Of a DNA stretch of 63,746 bases, positions 10,450 through 23,420 are shown in pieces (the stretch's first letter is position 1; every line of letters begins with the position of its first letter). The notes below the pieces were generated by a model, which saw only the letters and a program-made list of their open reading frames with translations, was not told the DNA's origin and made no database searches. This DNA comes from Chlorokybus atmophyticus (lineage: Eukaryota; Plantae; Mesostigma and Chlorokybus algae): NCBI GenBank assembly GCA_009103225.1, contig RHPI01000935.1, forward strand, positions 1-63,746. Direction: 5' to 3'. The translations under genes were made by a program, and so were the position numbers.

Positions 10450-13400
10450 ATGCTTGCCCTTGCCACTGCGGGGGGCCCAGTCAGGTGTGAGCACCAAGCA
10501 GGGGCTTGCTTGGGGCTTACAGAGCTTAGTTGGTGTAGTGGGTTGAGAGGGTTTAGGAGTGAAATCAGGCGACAGAAGGCTGGCCACCACCAACAGGCTA
10601 GTACTGCTGATGTCCGAGGTATAAGCCACAGCAGCAAGAGGAGGCGGGCTGCTGCTGTGCGATGCGCCGGCGTTCACGAGGTGAGTGGCTTACTTTTACT
10701 GTGTTGTGGTTTGCTCTAAACCACTCATTGAAAATTAGCAAACAGTGGTGTATTGAGAATTGTTTTTGCTGATTTCACTGAACTAGTTGATTTTTTCAGC
10801 AAGATACTTTAGAACACACCCTTCAAGTATATGGCTGCCATGTAGTGATCAAGTTACTGAATGTGTGAAGTAGACACTGGGTTACTACATATATTTTTAT
10901 AAGACAGAGTTTGACGAGTGGTCTCACTAAAGTTTGGTTTACCAAGACTCGGGTTAAACCACTGTTGAGTCAGATACTGCTAGTGATCTAGGTGTTGTTC
11001 TTTGCTTGTTGTTTCCTCCCTACAGCAAGTGCTAACAGTCAGTTGTTGCGCTTGGTTGTGTGCTTGTGTTGTGGACTATATACGTATGCACAGAATGGAA
11101 GACACGCGTCTCTCGACTGTTCTCATATACCGCGCACACATGCTTGCAACTTCCTCTTTGCATTGGTTGCTGAGGGTTGGCGGTTGTGTGGCAACCTCAG
11201 CTTCAAACTGTTGATTGCAATCCGTCCACTGGAGTATATAGCCATAACGCGCATATTGCATACCATCGCATGTTTGGCTTTGAAGGTTGCGCGGTCATTG
11301 TGCAGGCATACGACAATCTGTATAGTGTCTGTCTAACATGCTAACACATAGGCCATGTTAGAGGGACACTATACTGCGCAGACTGGCATCGATGTAGCTT
11401 GCTAGTCAACTGAAAGCAGACTGAAAGAGAGAGTTGATTGTTTCATCTCTCATGATCGTTTGACATTTACAGGGGGGTGGGCAGGGAGTGTCGGGGAGGT
11501 CATCAGGTGCGGAGGGCATAAGCGATGCGGCTCGCAAGGGCCCGCTGCTGTGCGTGGGGGATCCCGTTGTGGCCACAGAAAGCAAAGGTGCACATGGCCG
11601 AAGAGCGTACATCATCTCTCCAGCGGGAGGTACGCTCACAGCCCTGTTATGCGATTGCGGTCGTCTGCAGGATTGTACCTTAAAAAGACACATGGTGCAT
11701 GCATCATGATGTTGTGAAACATTTCAGTGCATGGTCCCCCCTGCGTTGGTAGAGACAGACTCAATCAATTAGGCACAGTTACACAATCTGGACGATTACG
11801 TGTGTGTACGCTTACTTATACGCACGTACAGACTTTGCAGCAAAGGTGGCTGTTAGTGTTCTTGTGCATCTATGGACGCATGCCTCGGTATGCATGCCCA
11901 GACATATGTGTGTACAATTATTTGTAGTATCCTATGCATGTGCACACGCTCATGACTTTGTGACATGTATACAACTATCCTCGTACAATTGTCGCAAGCA
12001 GCTGTGCACATACATGAACATGTACTTATCACGTGTACATGTATGCTACAATGTTTGCATATGAGCGCTTGATAATCCACACACATGCATGTGTACCTGT
12101 ATACTCTTACGCGCCATGCATGCATGTGTGCTATGGAGTCCTGCTGCATCCATCAAGTTAACATTATGACACGCAGCTCGTGTGTTGCGCAGAACTGCGA
12201 GCAGTGCGCATGCGGGAGGTACGGTCTCTACGGCAGCAGCTGATCGATTCACTGCGTTCAATGTTGTTACCAGAGGGCTCGTCGGCTGTGCTGGGCTCTG
12301 ACTACTGGTCCTTTTCCATCTGGTACAAGTCCACATCACGCATGAGTTGTACATCATAAGCATCTCTGGTTACATGTGCAAGGAGATGAGATGACATGAA
12401 ATGAGATGAGAGGTAGTACGCCCTACAAGTTGTTGGATGGCAGGTATGCCGTGAGGAGCGTGTTTTCTAATGCAAGTGCAGTGCTTGCTACGCGCGCGTT
12501 GCTTCGCGCTGTTGGCGTTGGTGCCGCGCATGCTGCTGCCGCCTCAGCAACCATCAACTGGGTGTTGAAGGCAAGTTGTCACTACCTGATTTGTGTCTTT
12601 TCAAGATTTGCATATGCAGCAGTGAAGATCAAGATGTTTATCTCCACTATCTCCGCTGCATGCATATATGCACACTCTCTTACCACAGTACTCACCACAT
12701 GTCACGCCAAGTGTTACATACTGTAGGCAACCTTTGCATGCAATGGCACGTTTGCTTGGTATCACTGCGTATGAACAATTGTCCTGATGGATGGCGTCCC
12801 CTTGTGGTGCAGGATGGACTCGGCCGAATAGCTTGCATCCTCGCTGTCGCCTGCATAGGCAATCGTTTTGACAACGACGCCAAGACGTTCATGTTGTTAG
12901 GTTAGCCAGACATACCACCACCACTTGTTTGTAGAGCTTGTGGGCTATCACATTCACTTGGAGCGTGCTTATAGCCAGTTCATGTCTACAGGTGACATGC
13001 TCTATGAGGTGGGTTTGGGTATAGAGATCTTGACTCCGCTGGTGCCTGGGCTGTTCCTGTTCACGGCGTCCGTCGCCAACGCAGCCAAGAGCATAAGCTA
13101 CATGATGCGCTTACCGCCGCGAGCCGCCATACTCAAGAGCTTTTCCAAGAAGGAGAACTTGGGTAAGACTTTTGTAAACGATACACATTGCACAGTGTAT
13201 ACACACTACACTCAAAGACACGCTGGAACCCTCTATATTTGCAGTGTTTAATGTTCACTGTCAGCTGTCAATCACCAACGCATAGTGTTTACTCCAGTGT
13301 ACAGTGCATACAAGTGCCACCATGGCGCAAACTCAAGTGCACATTCAATGCAGGGGATGTGTCAGCAAAGGCCAACTCACAGGAGGTGCTCTCGTCGTTG

Positions 13401-14313
13401 TTGGGCACGGCGCTGGGGATAGTGGCGTCAACGATGGTGGGCGATGGCTTCTCCGGGGCGATGGCGGTGTACGTGGTGTGGTGCGTGTTGGTGGCGTACA
13501 GCAGCTACATGTCGCTGAGGACGCTGAAGCTCAACACGCTCAACTGGCAGCGTGCGGGACTGCTTCTCCAACGTTTTGTGCGCGATGGCCGCGCGCTCGC
13601 CCCGCGTGAAGTCAACCTAATGGAACGCATACCCTCGTGGACGTGGCCGAACTCAATCGGCTCTGCGAATGAACCCTTTCGGGTCCGGTATGGTGCGAGG
13701 CTTGATGAGGCCGCCCCCACAGCGGTTGACCTCCGTCGCCTCACGCTGATGTATAGAGATGAGGATTACTTGCTTAACGTGCGCGGGCGCAATGTACACG
13801 TTTGCTTGAGTGAAGAGGTGGGCCCTCGAGACGCTCTCCAAAGCTTGCTACAGGTCAGCTCTGTTTTCCATCTTCATGGTCGTGCACGATGCACACGTGC
13901 ACTTTATGTGCACGTGTGCATCGTGCGTGCGTGCGTGCATACACGCGCGCAGCGGGTGGTGGGGTTGGGGGTTGGGGGGGCTGCATGCGAGTTCCAAATG
14001 TGTTGATGATGTAGATCATGTGCTTCCGCAGGCTGCTTATCTGCAACAGCAGCCTACGGCTACTTTGGAGCAAAGCTATCAGTACGCTGTGGCAAGTTTG
14101 CCGAAGATGCTATCCGCACTCGAGGCAAAAGGCTGGAACGTGCATCACGTTCTCTTCGCCCCCGAAATAACGGCGTCGTGGCGGCTGCATGAAGTGGACG
14201 CGCGCGCACATCGCGCGCTGCACTCCACCGTTTACGTGCAGGACGTTGCGCCAACCACCACTGATGGCGTGCCCACGTTTGGCGGCGCGGCGTATGAGGG
14301 AGCACCAGGGTAG
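10450..14313 (+). CDS. RUS1/DUF647 (ROOT UVB SENSITIVE family) protein, multi-exon, with a transit-peptide-like first exon (start inferred)
   Basis: MLLPEG...DYWSFSIW, ALLRAVGVG, ATINWVLKDGLGR, RFDNDAK, FTASVANAAK, SFSKKENLGDVSAKANSQE, LRTLKLNTLNWQRA; stop at 14311-14313. Confidence 0.88.
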
Positions 14314-15223
14314 GCTGTATGAAGATGGTTCACTGAATGACGGTTGCTGACTGTGCAACAGTACTGATACATAGGTGATGCCATGTCCCGCATGGTTATG
14401 TACGTCATGGGGCTGCTGTCGGGTCTGTTGTCGGGTGTATATTATGGTTGAGCAGACACAGACTCCTGCGTGCACCCCAAAATTCAAGGCACAGATGCGT
14501 CACAAAACAGCATTGGGTATCAATTGGCAGTGCAAGGAGGTCAACTACTGAAGGCCAGTGAGAGACAAGATGAGTTTCACGCTCCATGCTGCTGATCGCC
14601 CCATCCTAGCACTGCTTAAGCCAAACCACACATACCCGCAGATGCTTGCAGCTTACTGTGACAAACTACCGTGCGCATATCCTGTAGACACTGCATTTCC
14701 TTACCACAGTGTTGCTGTACCAAATGTGCTACAACCCCCCGCCGACGTATACAAAGTCGACTACATGACATCATAGCTACTGCAATATGGACCGCAGGTC
14801 AACAATTCACCAAACTCAGTTATGCTGGTGCACAGTAACGAGTACATCAGCCCAAACACCAGCCCATGCACACTAATGTATGATGGGTGTGTAGCCATTT
14901 CTGTCTCATTCCTGTCTCTCATTGCCAATCTGCGGTTTGTAATAAGCTCAGTTTGTAACAAGCTAAACTTTGTTCTTGGCTGCATCTGTCATATTGGAAT
15001 GCCTATGTACAAGTAGTATATCAACCACTTATTCTTGCTGCTTGGAGTAACAGCCGCTAAGACTACTACTCTTTGATTTTGAAAGCTAAGCAAGTATGTA
15101 CACTAGCCCTAGACATGTCACGCTATGCGTGCTATCCTCTTATGAATCAATACGTTACACATTTGGAACCTCGGTACCTTGCGACGGAGAACTCCTGAGC
15201 TACGCCTGTGCATTATTATAGAC

Positions 15224-18200
15224 TCAAGCTGTCTGGTCCGCTTTGGTGGTGTAATAATCTAGCACGGTGGCAAATCGCTCCTTCAATTCTGGAACTGAAG
15301 GGCGCAACTTGGGGTTTCGAATCAAGCCCCAGTCCAAAAAGCCCAGAATGTGTGGATGCCTGCCATATGACGGACAACATGCGACAACACTCTTTTAGAA
15401 ATGTTCAACAGGCTCAGGAGCTGCGCACATCACATTTGTGTGCAGTAGTAAGAAGTGTGCCCACGTACTCAGCAAGCATGGCCCTTCTGTCGGGTACAAT
15501 GAGCTCCTGTGCAGGATCTGTGACCCTGACATAAAACCTAACCCAGTCATCCTCCTGGAAAAGGTACTTCCCCGTAATCAGCTCAAACAGCAAGCAAGTC
15601 AGCGACCACGCATCGCATGCCTTGTCCGCGCCTGTAACCTGTACAGTGCAGATGCACAGCTTAATGGCAGGACCAATTGCCCTCACGGGCACTTTTGAGT
15701 TGAGCGAATGCCATGCTCACCTGCGCACTCTGATCTTCGTGCAGCAACTTGCTTTGCACACTGTGGACAGTCAACATCTCTGGGCTCTTGATGAAGTCCG
15801 TGCCTCTGTCTCGTATCTGCAACACAGTCCAGGTCAGATGCACACTCAAGGTGTGCAATCAGGAGTGCACTGCATACCGTGAAGGCATCCGATGGCGCTG
15901 ATAGCTTGCTTTCTCCAAAGTCAGAGATGCACACATTGAAGGGCAAAACAGCGCGTGCGGGATGCCAAAAGTCCTCCATCAACACTGTGTCTGGTTTGAC
16001 ATGATTTCGTAAGCTGCATACTCACACGCACGCACAAGCATTTTGCCTTGACGCCTGTAGCTCCGGTGATGACCTCACCATGTGGGCTTAGCAAGATGTT
16101 GTCACACTTCAGGTCGTAATGTATAATGCTGTGCTCCTCCAACTTAGCTGCTGCATTGAGAACCTGGACGCAGCCGTACAGAAACAAAGCATCACACAAC
16201 CAAGTACCAAGGGCATGCAGATCAGGTTGTGCACCAATCCAGAACATGCTTACCTGCTGGTAGACTCTCAAGTAAAGCACTACATACTCTTCAAACGGTT
16301 CAGATTGAGCAACACGCCACGTGCGTAGACTGGCAGGGTAATAAGCCATCACAACATAGCAACTGTCTCTATCTACACCATAATCAATGAGCCTGCCACA
16401 CGCAGATGTTAGATAAAAAGAAAACATACAAAGCACAACTATTCAAAGACACACCTGCTGACACATTGCTCTTCCCGCAACTCTTCAAGGATGTGGATCT
16501 CTCTGTACACGTCATGCACAGTGCAGCGATCATGTGCACTGCGCAAGCATGTGTTAACGAGAGATGTTAATGCCATGGCGGTGCTGCCTGCCATCACATT
16601 ACATAGCTGCTGATTGCTTGAGAGAACTGCGAGTTGCAGCAATTTCACTGCACCTGGATGGCAGGTCCACAACCTTCAACGCTACCACTGAATCTGCAAG
16701 TTCGACCTTGAACACCTACACAGACACATCAGGGCTTAGCCTCTGCCCTCAGAAACACATTCCCCATAAGCCCGAACAATTGATAACCTGTGCGTATGCA
16801 CCCCGAGCAATATGCTGCTTGTTGTTGTAGATTGAGGGGTCAAGCTGAGAGCAGACCAGCAGTTTGAGCAAACGCTTTAGGCCCGCATTGGCAGAGTCCG
16901 CCACCATGACAACTAGCTGTTGCGCAACAGCTGCATTTGCGGGATGGTTCATGTCTAATGCAGGACTGGAGTCAAGTACAACACGCATTGCTCAGCAGGC
17001 GGGATGAGTGTTTATGTGCAGTGATCATGAAAGCTGTGACAACAGACGGATTTGTGATGGTCAGAAGTATAGGATACGGTGATGCAGGTGTAAGAGTGTG
17101 CTGGGTTTGCCGCGCTGCATCGGGAATGAGTCGCTATGCCGCCGATCCAGGCTGCCCCTGTACCACAGAATCGTGAGCAGTCCATCGCTGTCATGTTAAG
17201 TCTTATATAATTGTTTGCCCGAAAGCGAAAATGCGACTGTACCTTGGGGTCAGCAGCATGGTCAACATGAGGTACAGCAGAGAGACATGTAAGCTGGCAA
17301 TAGAGTACACATGGAGATGTAGCCTGTACTGTGAAGTGAGGCCCTCTGCTTCCAGCGTCAATGCTAACGCCTGGTCATGCAGCATGCCCACACTTTAACG
17401 TCAGCACTCAGCGGGACGTGCTTTCAATGTGGTGAGCAGATGCAGCAAACAACACGCACCACTGACTGGTTTGCAGGGCTGCTGAGGCCACTCTTCGTGC
17501 TCGCAGCAAAGCTACAACGGCCAAGGGCAAGCTTTGGCACGTGCAATCTGCTACTGCTAGGAGCTGATCTGTCCGACCGTGCAGCGCCTGTGGTAATGCG
17601 GTCGGCCGATCTGGTCTGATCTACTAGTGGTCCTGTCCTACTCTGGGCTGATGCAGGCTTGCCAATAATGTACTCGCTGCTCAACTCTTCAGCCTCTTCC
17701 GCATCCACTTGTTCATTCAGGTCAAAAAAGCCGTTCTGCGCGTCGCTCCCTGGCTGGTATGCCGTGCTTTCATGCTCAGATAAGCGCGATGGCTTGGATG
17801 GCGGACGACCTGAGCTGACAGCAGAACTTGCTCGCTGATCCCCAAGTGCAGACAGGCGCAGCGATGGCACTCTGTTCGGATGAGCAGCAGCCACTTGCCC
17901 GACAGCGCTGCCGCCAGAGCTTTTTGCAGACACCCGGTCCTTGCTGGGAGAATGGTCAACTGAGCTGATGCTTGCCGATCGAGAGACACTTTTCTTGAAC
18001 ATGTCGTATTCGCTGCTTATTTCCGTTGTCAAGAATGGCAGGAGGTCTCTGCTGTACAATGCCTGCCAGGAATATGCCATGTGCGTCAGACCCCTCACAC
18101 AACAACCCCGCACAAATCAACGCAAGCCTCACCTCTGCACAAATGTCTGAAGCTGTTACTACGGATGCGAGCACTTGGCACAACCTGCTACACGACGCAA

Positions 18201-21200
18201 GGGACTCACTACTGCCTTCTATGTACAATGTCTTGAACTGGGAGACCAGCAAGGCCGCTGTTTGTCCCATGAAGGCGACGGCATTCTTGAATGGACACCT
18301 TGGCTGCAAGCATATAAGCTCCAAAAGTTTCACAAACTGGTGCTGGCTTTCTGCGGTTGCAGATCCACTTGTGAAGTACTTGTGTGCATCGCTTCCAAGG
18401 ATGGCACTGAACTTTTGCCAGTACACGTCCATGTCTGCAAACCCAATTGATAAGACTACAGTGCATCACCTGCAAACAGCAACTGAAAGCTTTCAAACAC
18501 TGCACGAGGGGTATAACATGCGCGCACCATTTGTTGTCAGGCTATGTGCGAGTCTGCTGAGCAACTGCGCCAGCTGTTGCCACCAGAAGAGCAAATGAAG
18601 CTGCAAGTCATGATGGATGTCAGCTGCAGCTGCCCTTTTGCTATTGCAGTGAATGAATGCGCATTCGTTAACAACGGCTTATGCAGGGCCTGTCTTACCT
18701 GTTGTGTTGGTCTAAAAGCTATTGCATCAACTGATGCACACAGCTGCTGCGTACAAGAAACTGCCATTTCTATTGCGCCAGATGAGCTCAGCTTCTCAAG
18801 GAAGGCTGTATCTGTGGTGTGATCATTGCTATGTAGCAAACACTGCACAAGGGGAGCACAGTGAGTATGAAACGCAACTGCTCGGCGGACAGAATGTATA
18901 TACCATGGCGCATCCCAAAACCCCATACCGCGGCGAGCGCTTGGAGCCAACTGGTAGCAGCCAACAACTGCCGTGACGTGGAGTGAGCGTGCACATCTGA
19001 GAAGTCACCCGTAAAGCTGCTGCCAGTCTGCATAACGGCCTTGCACAGCGACAGCCTGTCACCAACTGGTTGTGATCTGGCATAGCCAGCTAGCATCAAT
19101 AGAGCCTCTGGGCCATGACCAATGGCGGTTAATGACTCTGTACAATCCGCCATGTGTCGCTCTAGCCCAAGGTGGTGGATAACTTCATACAGATATATAC
19201 ACAACTGATCTTGTTCAGGGAGCTCGTGCAGCAGACAACTTGCGCAATCTTGCATAAGCGTATGCGCTGCACGGCTGGCTTGAGATGGACAGTTCACGTT
19301 GTTAAGAAGCTTCAATAACAAAATCTTTGCTTGATATGGTGCGGAGCGCTTGAGCAAGGCCACAGTTGCTGCATAACTGTTGGACCCTGCATCGCCTGCA
19401 GGAGACATTCTGTTACGCCCAGCGCAACAACCAAGGACGACAGATATGCATGCTTTGCAGCAAAGCAACCACACCCTGAGCAATGCTATGTACACGAGGG
19501 CGACCATCAGTCTGACGAGCACTACCAGGCAGGTCTGTGACTTGTTGCGAGTCCTGCAGTCTGCTGAATGCAAGCTTCAGATTATGCATGAATAACTCAA
19601 TTGACGATATCAATGAGCGTACCTTTGCACGGTCTCTAAGTTCTTTCGACCCAATGGCACTTCCCGACGCTCGTCACATCCTGTTCCAAGAAATTGGAAA
19701 ACAACATCATGCAGGCGTACTTGATTGCACTAAGTAGGCATAGCTGACAAGTACATAAGGAGCAAAAACCTTATGCAGTAGCAAGTTGTAGACAAACCTG
19801 CGATACCACTGTGTGCATGGTTGGTGTCCAACTTGATGGCTTTGTAGTGCTCAAGCAAGACGTCCATATCCAAAGACAGTTTGGTGTCTTCACTCTGCTC
19901 CACTGCATCAAGTAGAAGTTGATACAAGGAAACGCTGACCGTCTTGCTAATGGCAGCTGTCTTCAACAACGCCTGAGTATTCTCCAGCACGGTTGCAGGT
20001 GAGTCCTTCAGCAGCAGTTGAATCGCCTGCACAGCTTCCACCCCAATGGAGCCACCGGCAAGCACTAACTTGAGCAGTGCTGAACAGGCTTGGCCTGGCC
20101 AGGAGGCAGAGGTCTTGTTGTCTTGTGTTAACAATTCAACCATCTGCTTCAAGCCCTGCCTTTGCATCGTAGGGTGTAGCGAGCGCAACAGCATGAGGAC
20201 TGCTGTCTCACGCATCTGCGCCTGAGGAACCTGAGGAGTTTGCCAAAAGGGCTCTGCACCAGTCTCAAGTGCATATAGCTTGCTTTCTGTGGTGCCCATC
20301 AATCTAACAAGGGCTTCCGATAATGAGCGCACTGAGTTTCCAGTGCCAACCATCAGCTTTTCTGCCTGCAGTACGATAGATTAGTCATGCTTACAACTTG
20401 CACTGCACCTGCTAAGACACGATACCTGCCAATCAATGAAGAGACGCATAGTGTGTGGTGACCCAGCTGAGCTCATCTTGCAAAGGCACAGGTCTTCACC
20501 CCACAGACACACCAAGAAAGGCCTTTCCGCCAGCTCATCCGCTAGGCTTAGTGCCTACCATGCCATCAGCAACATCAACCGCTGGCAAGCACACACAAGT
20601 GCCGCGGTGGCATACATGAGAAGGCAATGCAGTGACACACATCCGCAGTAACAAGTTACGTTCATAGCAATGCACACCCACCATGCCTGGCACATGATAG
20701 CATACCTCTACTGCATACTCCACAAAATGAGGACACCTGGCCAGCTCACTACAAAACTGGGAGAGTCTGTTGAAAAACCCAGCCCTCATTGGCCAGCGCC
20801 TAACGCGTCTCACTGAGGACGTTGGGAGCACAAGGCGGGTTGCCAGTTGCTCCACCTATAACGACAACCACTAATTGCTGTGCGCCACTATAATATGTTC
20901 AGCCTGCAAAAACATAAGCACTATCGCACGCACCTGTGAGCGACGGGACGTGTTTGGCGCAGATGTTGACTCTATGCTTGGTTGAAGTGTTGCAGGCAGC
21001 AGCTGGTGGTGGCGCACAAGGTAGCGCAACTGCAAATGATGGCAATGCTCAATGCTCAATGAACATTCTGTGAGCTCAGTGTGGCAGCTTTCGTCACCAA
21101 TGTAACAGACAACATTCTTGCAAGCATGAAACCAGCTGTGGTATGCGGTGTCCTTGCGTCTGCAGCCAACGCATATGGCTTACCCAAACCAGTATTGCAT

Positions 21201-22310
21201 CTTGTTGCGAGCATTGCAGCAAGTTGTCAGGGATTGCAAAAGTTCTGCCAGACCAGGTGCCCTCCCCCTTCTCCCTTCCCCCCCTCCCCCCTCCTGCTAC
21301 TGCATGCGTCTATCAGACTCCTGAGCGCTGCAGGAACTACGTGCTGTACAGTTGATGCGACAAACTCAAGGACATGTATGCACTAAGGTGTACCCATGAA
21401 GCATAAGTGTGCATGCATGCACACATAATGTCGCCAGCACGAACTTCGCCCCCAAAAAATGGGACATGCTTGCAGGTGTAGGATTGGGCTATTGAACAGC
21501 TGTCGCAGAACAGGCTGACTCCCAACGCGCACAGTATGTGCAGTGTATGTTGCATGCTACTGGCGCAGGCACTTATTTCTATTGCCGTTATGCCATGTGC
21601 ATGCACCTAATGCTGGGCACCAAGCTGATCACATTGAGTGACAACACGCATTGCATGAAACTCTTGATGTCCCACAATGCAGCGAGTGTTGTTGCAATAT
21701 GGCGTGGTACAAACGGGGCGTGGTACACTCACGTACAATGCACAACTGACGCAGCTTCAACATGTTGTGACGATAACACCCCTCGGCTATGTATGAACTC
21801 GAAATGTACAGTAATGGCAGCTCACGAGCAACACAGAAACGTTGACTGAACAGTGCAAGCTATGCGTCCTTGGGTTATGCATACGGGTAGGAGAAGTACC
21901 TTTAAACTGAGCCATAAGCTCCGCGCATCCTCCTCTACACGTAGAAGGCAGCTGCCAGGCGGCGCCGTCTCCAAGAGCTTCTCCGCCTTGGCAGCGGAGG
22001 CAAGGCTGACAGCAATGCTAAGTGACTCCGGCGACAGAAACCCGCAACAAGACAGTGCATACGCCTGTGAGGCCCCAACAAGCTCCGCCCTGGGCTGATG
22101 CTGCGGTGGCTCCACTAGAAGCAGCGGTGCAGCACTGCCACCCCCTTCCCATTGTGTTTGTGGCTCGCTCCAGCTCTCAGGCACACCATCCCGAAACCTC
22201 TCCCGCAACTTCCTGCCATCAGATGGCGCCAGCACCGGATGCACCCGGTTGCTGACGACACAACGTTGCTCCGCGTCGTCCTCCTCCTCCTCCTCCTCCC
22301 CGTCCGCCAT
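15224..22310 (-). CDS. Large multi-exon protein: N-terminal SH2-like motif, long helical (ARM/HEAT-like) middle region, C-terminal Ser/Thr kinase
   Basis: ATG at 22310; kinase motifs HIARGAYAQV, EIHILEEL, LIDYGVD, HYDLKCDNILL (~16095-16121), ISDFGES, RGTDFIKSPEM, DAWSLTCLLFELITG, LIRNPKLRPS; TGA at 15226-15224; internal exon boundaries only partly resolved. Confidence 0.85.
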
Positions 22311-22375
22311 GCCCTCCTCCCACTCCTTCCTCCCCTTGCCGCCGCTGGCCTACTTGCCCGTACAGTTAGCGGAGA

Positions 22376-22418
22376 TTTAGGGTTAGGGTTAGAGTTAGGG
22401 TTAGGGTTAGGGCTAGGG
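22376..22418. repeat. Interstitial telomere-like repeat (TTAGGG-type, 7 units) just upstream of the kinase ATG
   Basis: tttaggg ttaggg ttagag ttaggg ttaggg ttaggg ctaggg. Confidence 0.85.
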
Positions 22419-22504
22419 CGAGCGTTATGATTGGTGCTTTATACTTTATACTATACTAGAGGGTACAGTGTACTGCGCTAGACCCGCTCAAGTACTGGTA
22501 TGGA

Positions 22505-22533
22505 CTTCATACCTACCCCCCGTAGGTATGAAG
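22505..22533. repeat. Perfect 12-bp hairpin in the intergenic region
   Basis: cttcatacctac-ccccc-gtaggtatgaag. Confidence 0.8.
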
Positions 22534-23420
22534 GGGGTACCAAGTTTCGTCGCACGAAAAAGTCAAGGATGTTTTGCTCGGCTCTGCGGCGTGCGAAGTT
22601 CAGACACAACTTGGGCGCACAAGCAGAGGAATCCCTGCTTTTCCGAGGATTTAATACGGATTGTCGGTCACTGCGGGGCAAGACGAAGTCTAGGCCTAGA
22701 CCTCGCATTGCTGGGGTAGAACCTACCGCAGGGTTGAAGTTTGCAGTTGGGTGTTATCTTCTGTGTTCTTTCCTTCAGCTTCCTCGTGTTGGGTTCTCGC
22801 TGTCATAAGTGGCACTTGTGAAGTGACAAGCGGCATTCAAAGTGACATAACGCCAGTTGGTAGTACCAAAAACTGGTACCCTCACAAGTTGACGTACTGG
22901 ACAGCCAGAGCGAGAGGGGTCCCTTATGTTTTTGGTACCGCCCATATTAGCAGGAGAGAGAGATTTGTAGGGTTGCAATGCGGTGTAGCTGCGGCGTTTT
23001 GGGCGTGGGGGTGGCCAGCGCCATGGTGGCGGCGGTGGTGATGGTGGTGCTGCCCAGCAGGGCCGAAGCTATTGTTGCTTGTTGTGGAAGCCGAAGTGGC
23101 ATTTGGCGTAGCAGCTCAGGCGTGGTTGCCTCCTGTTGGCAATGCTGGGCTGGTCAGGCTGCATTGCTAGCAGCTGCTTGGCCTCTGTGGGGCGCCGATG
23201 AACTTAGCAGTAGCCGCAGCCGCAGTAGCAGCAGGAAAGGCTGGTTCTGTGCTGTTGATGTACTGCCGGTGTGTCTGAAGGGAGCTGCTGCTGCTGTGCG
23301 CGTGCGGTTGTCCTGGCCCCAGCTGGTCTGCTAGTCCAGTGCATGGTCGCTGCTTCTAGCTTCAGCTGCTGCTGCTGCTGGTCACGCTGAACAGCTGCAA
23401 GCGAGGAGCGGACCAGTAAC

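Noticed and set aside
14400-15220. Dual-specificity phosphatase domain downstream of the kinase
   Set aside because: The kinase frame stops at 15224 and no HCxxGxxR motif is present
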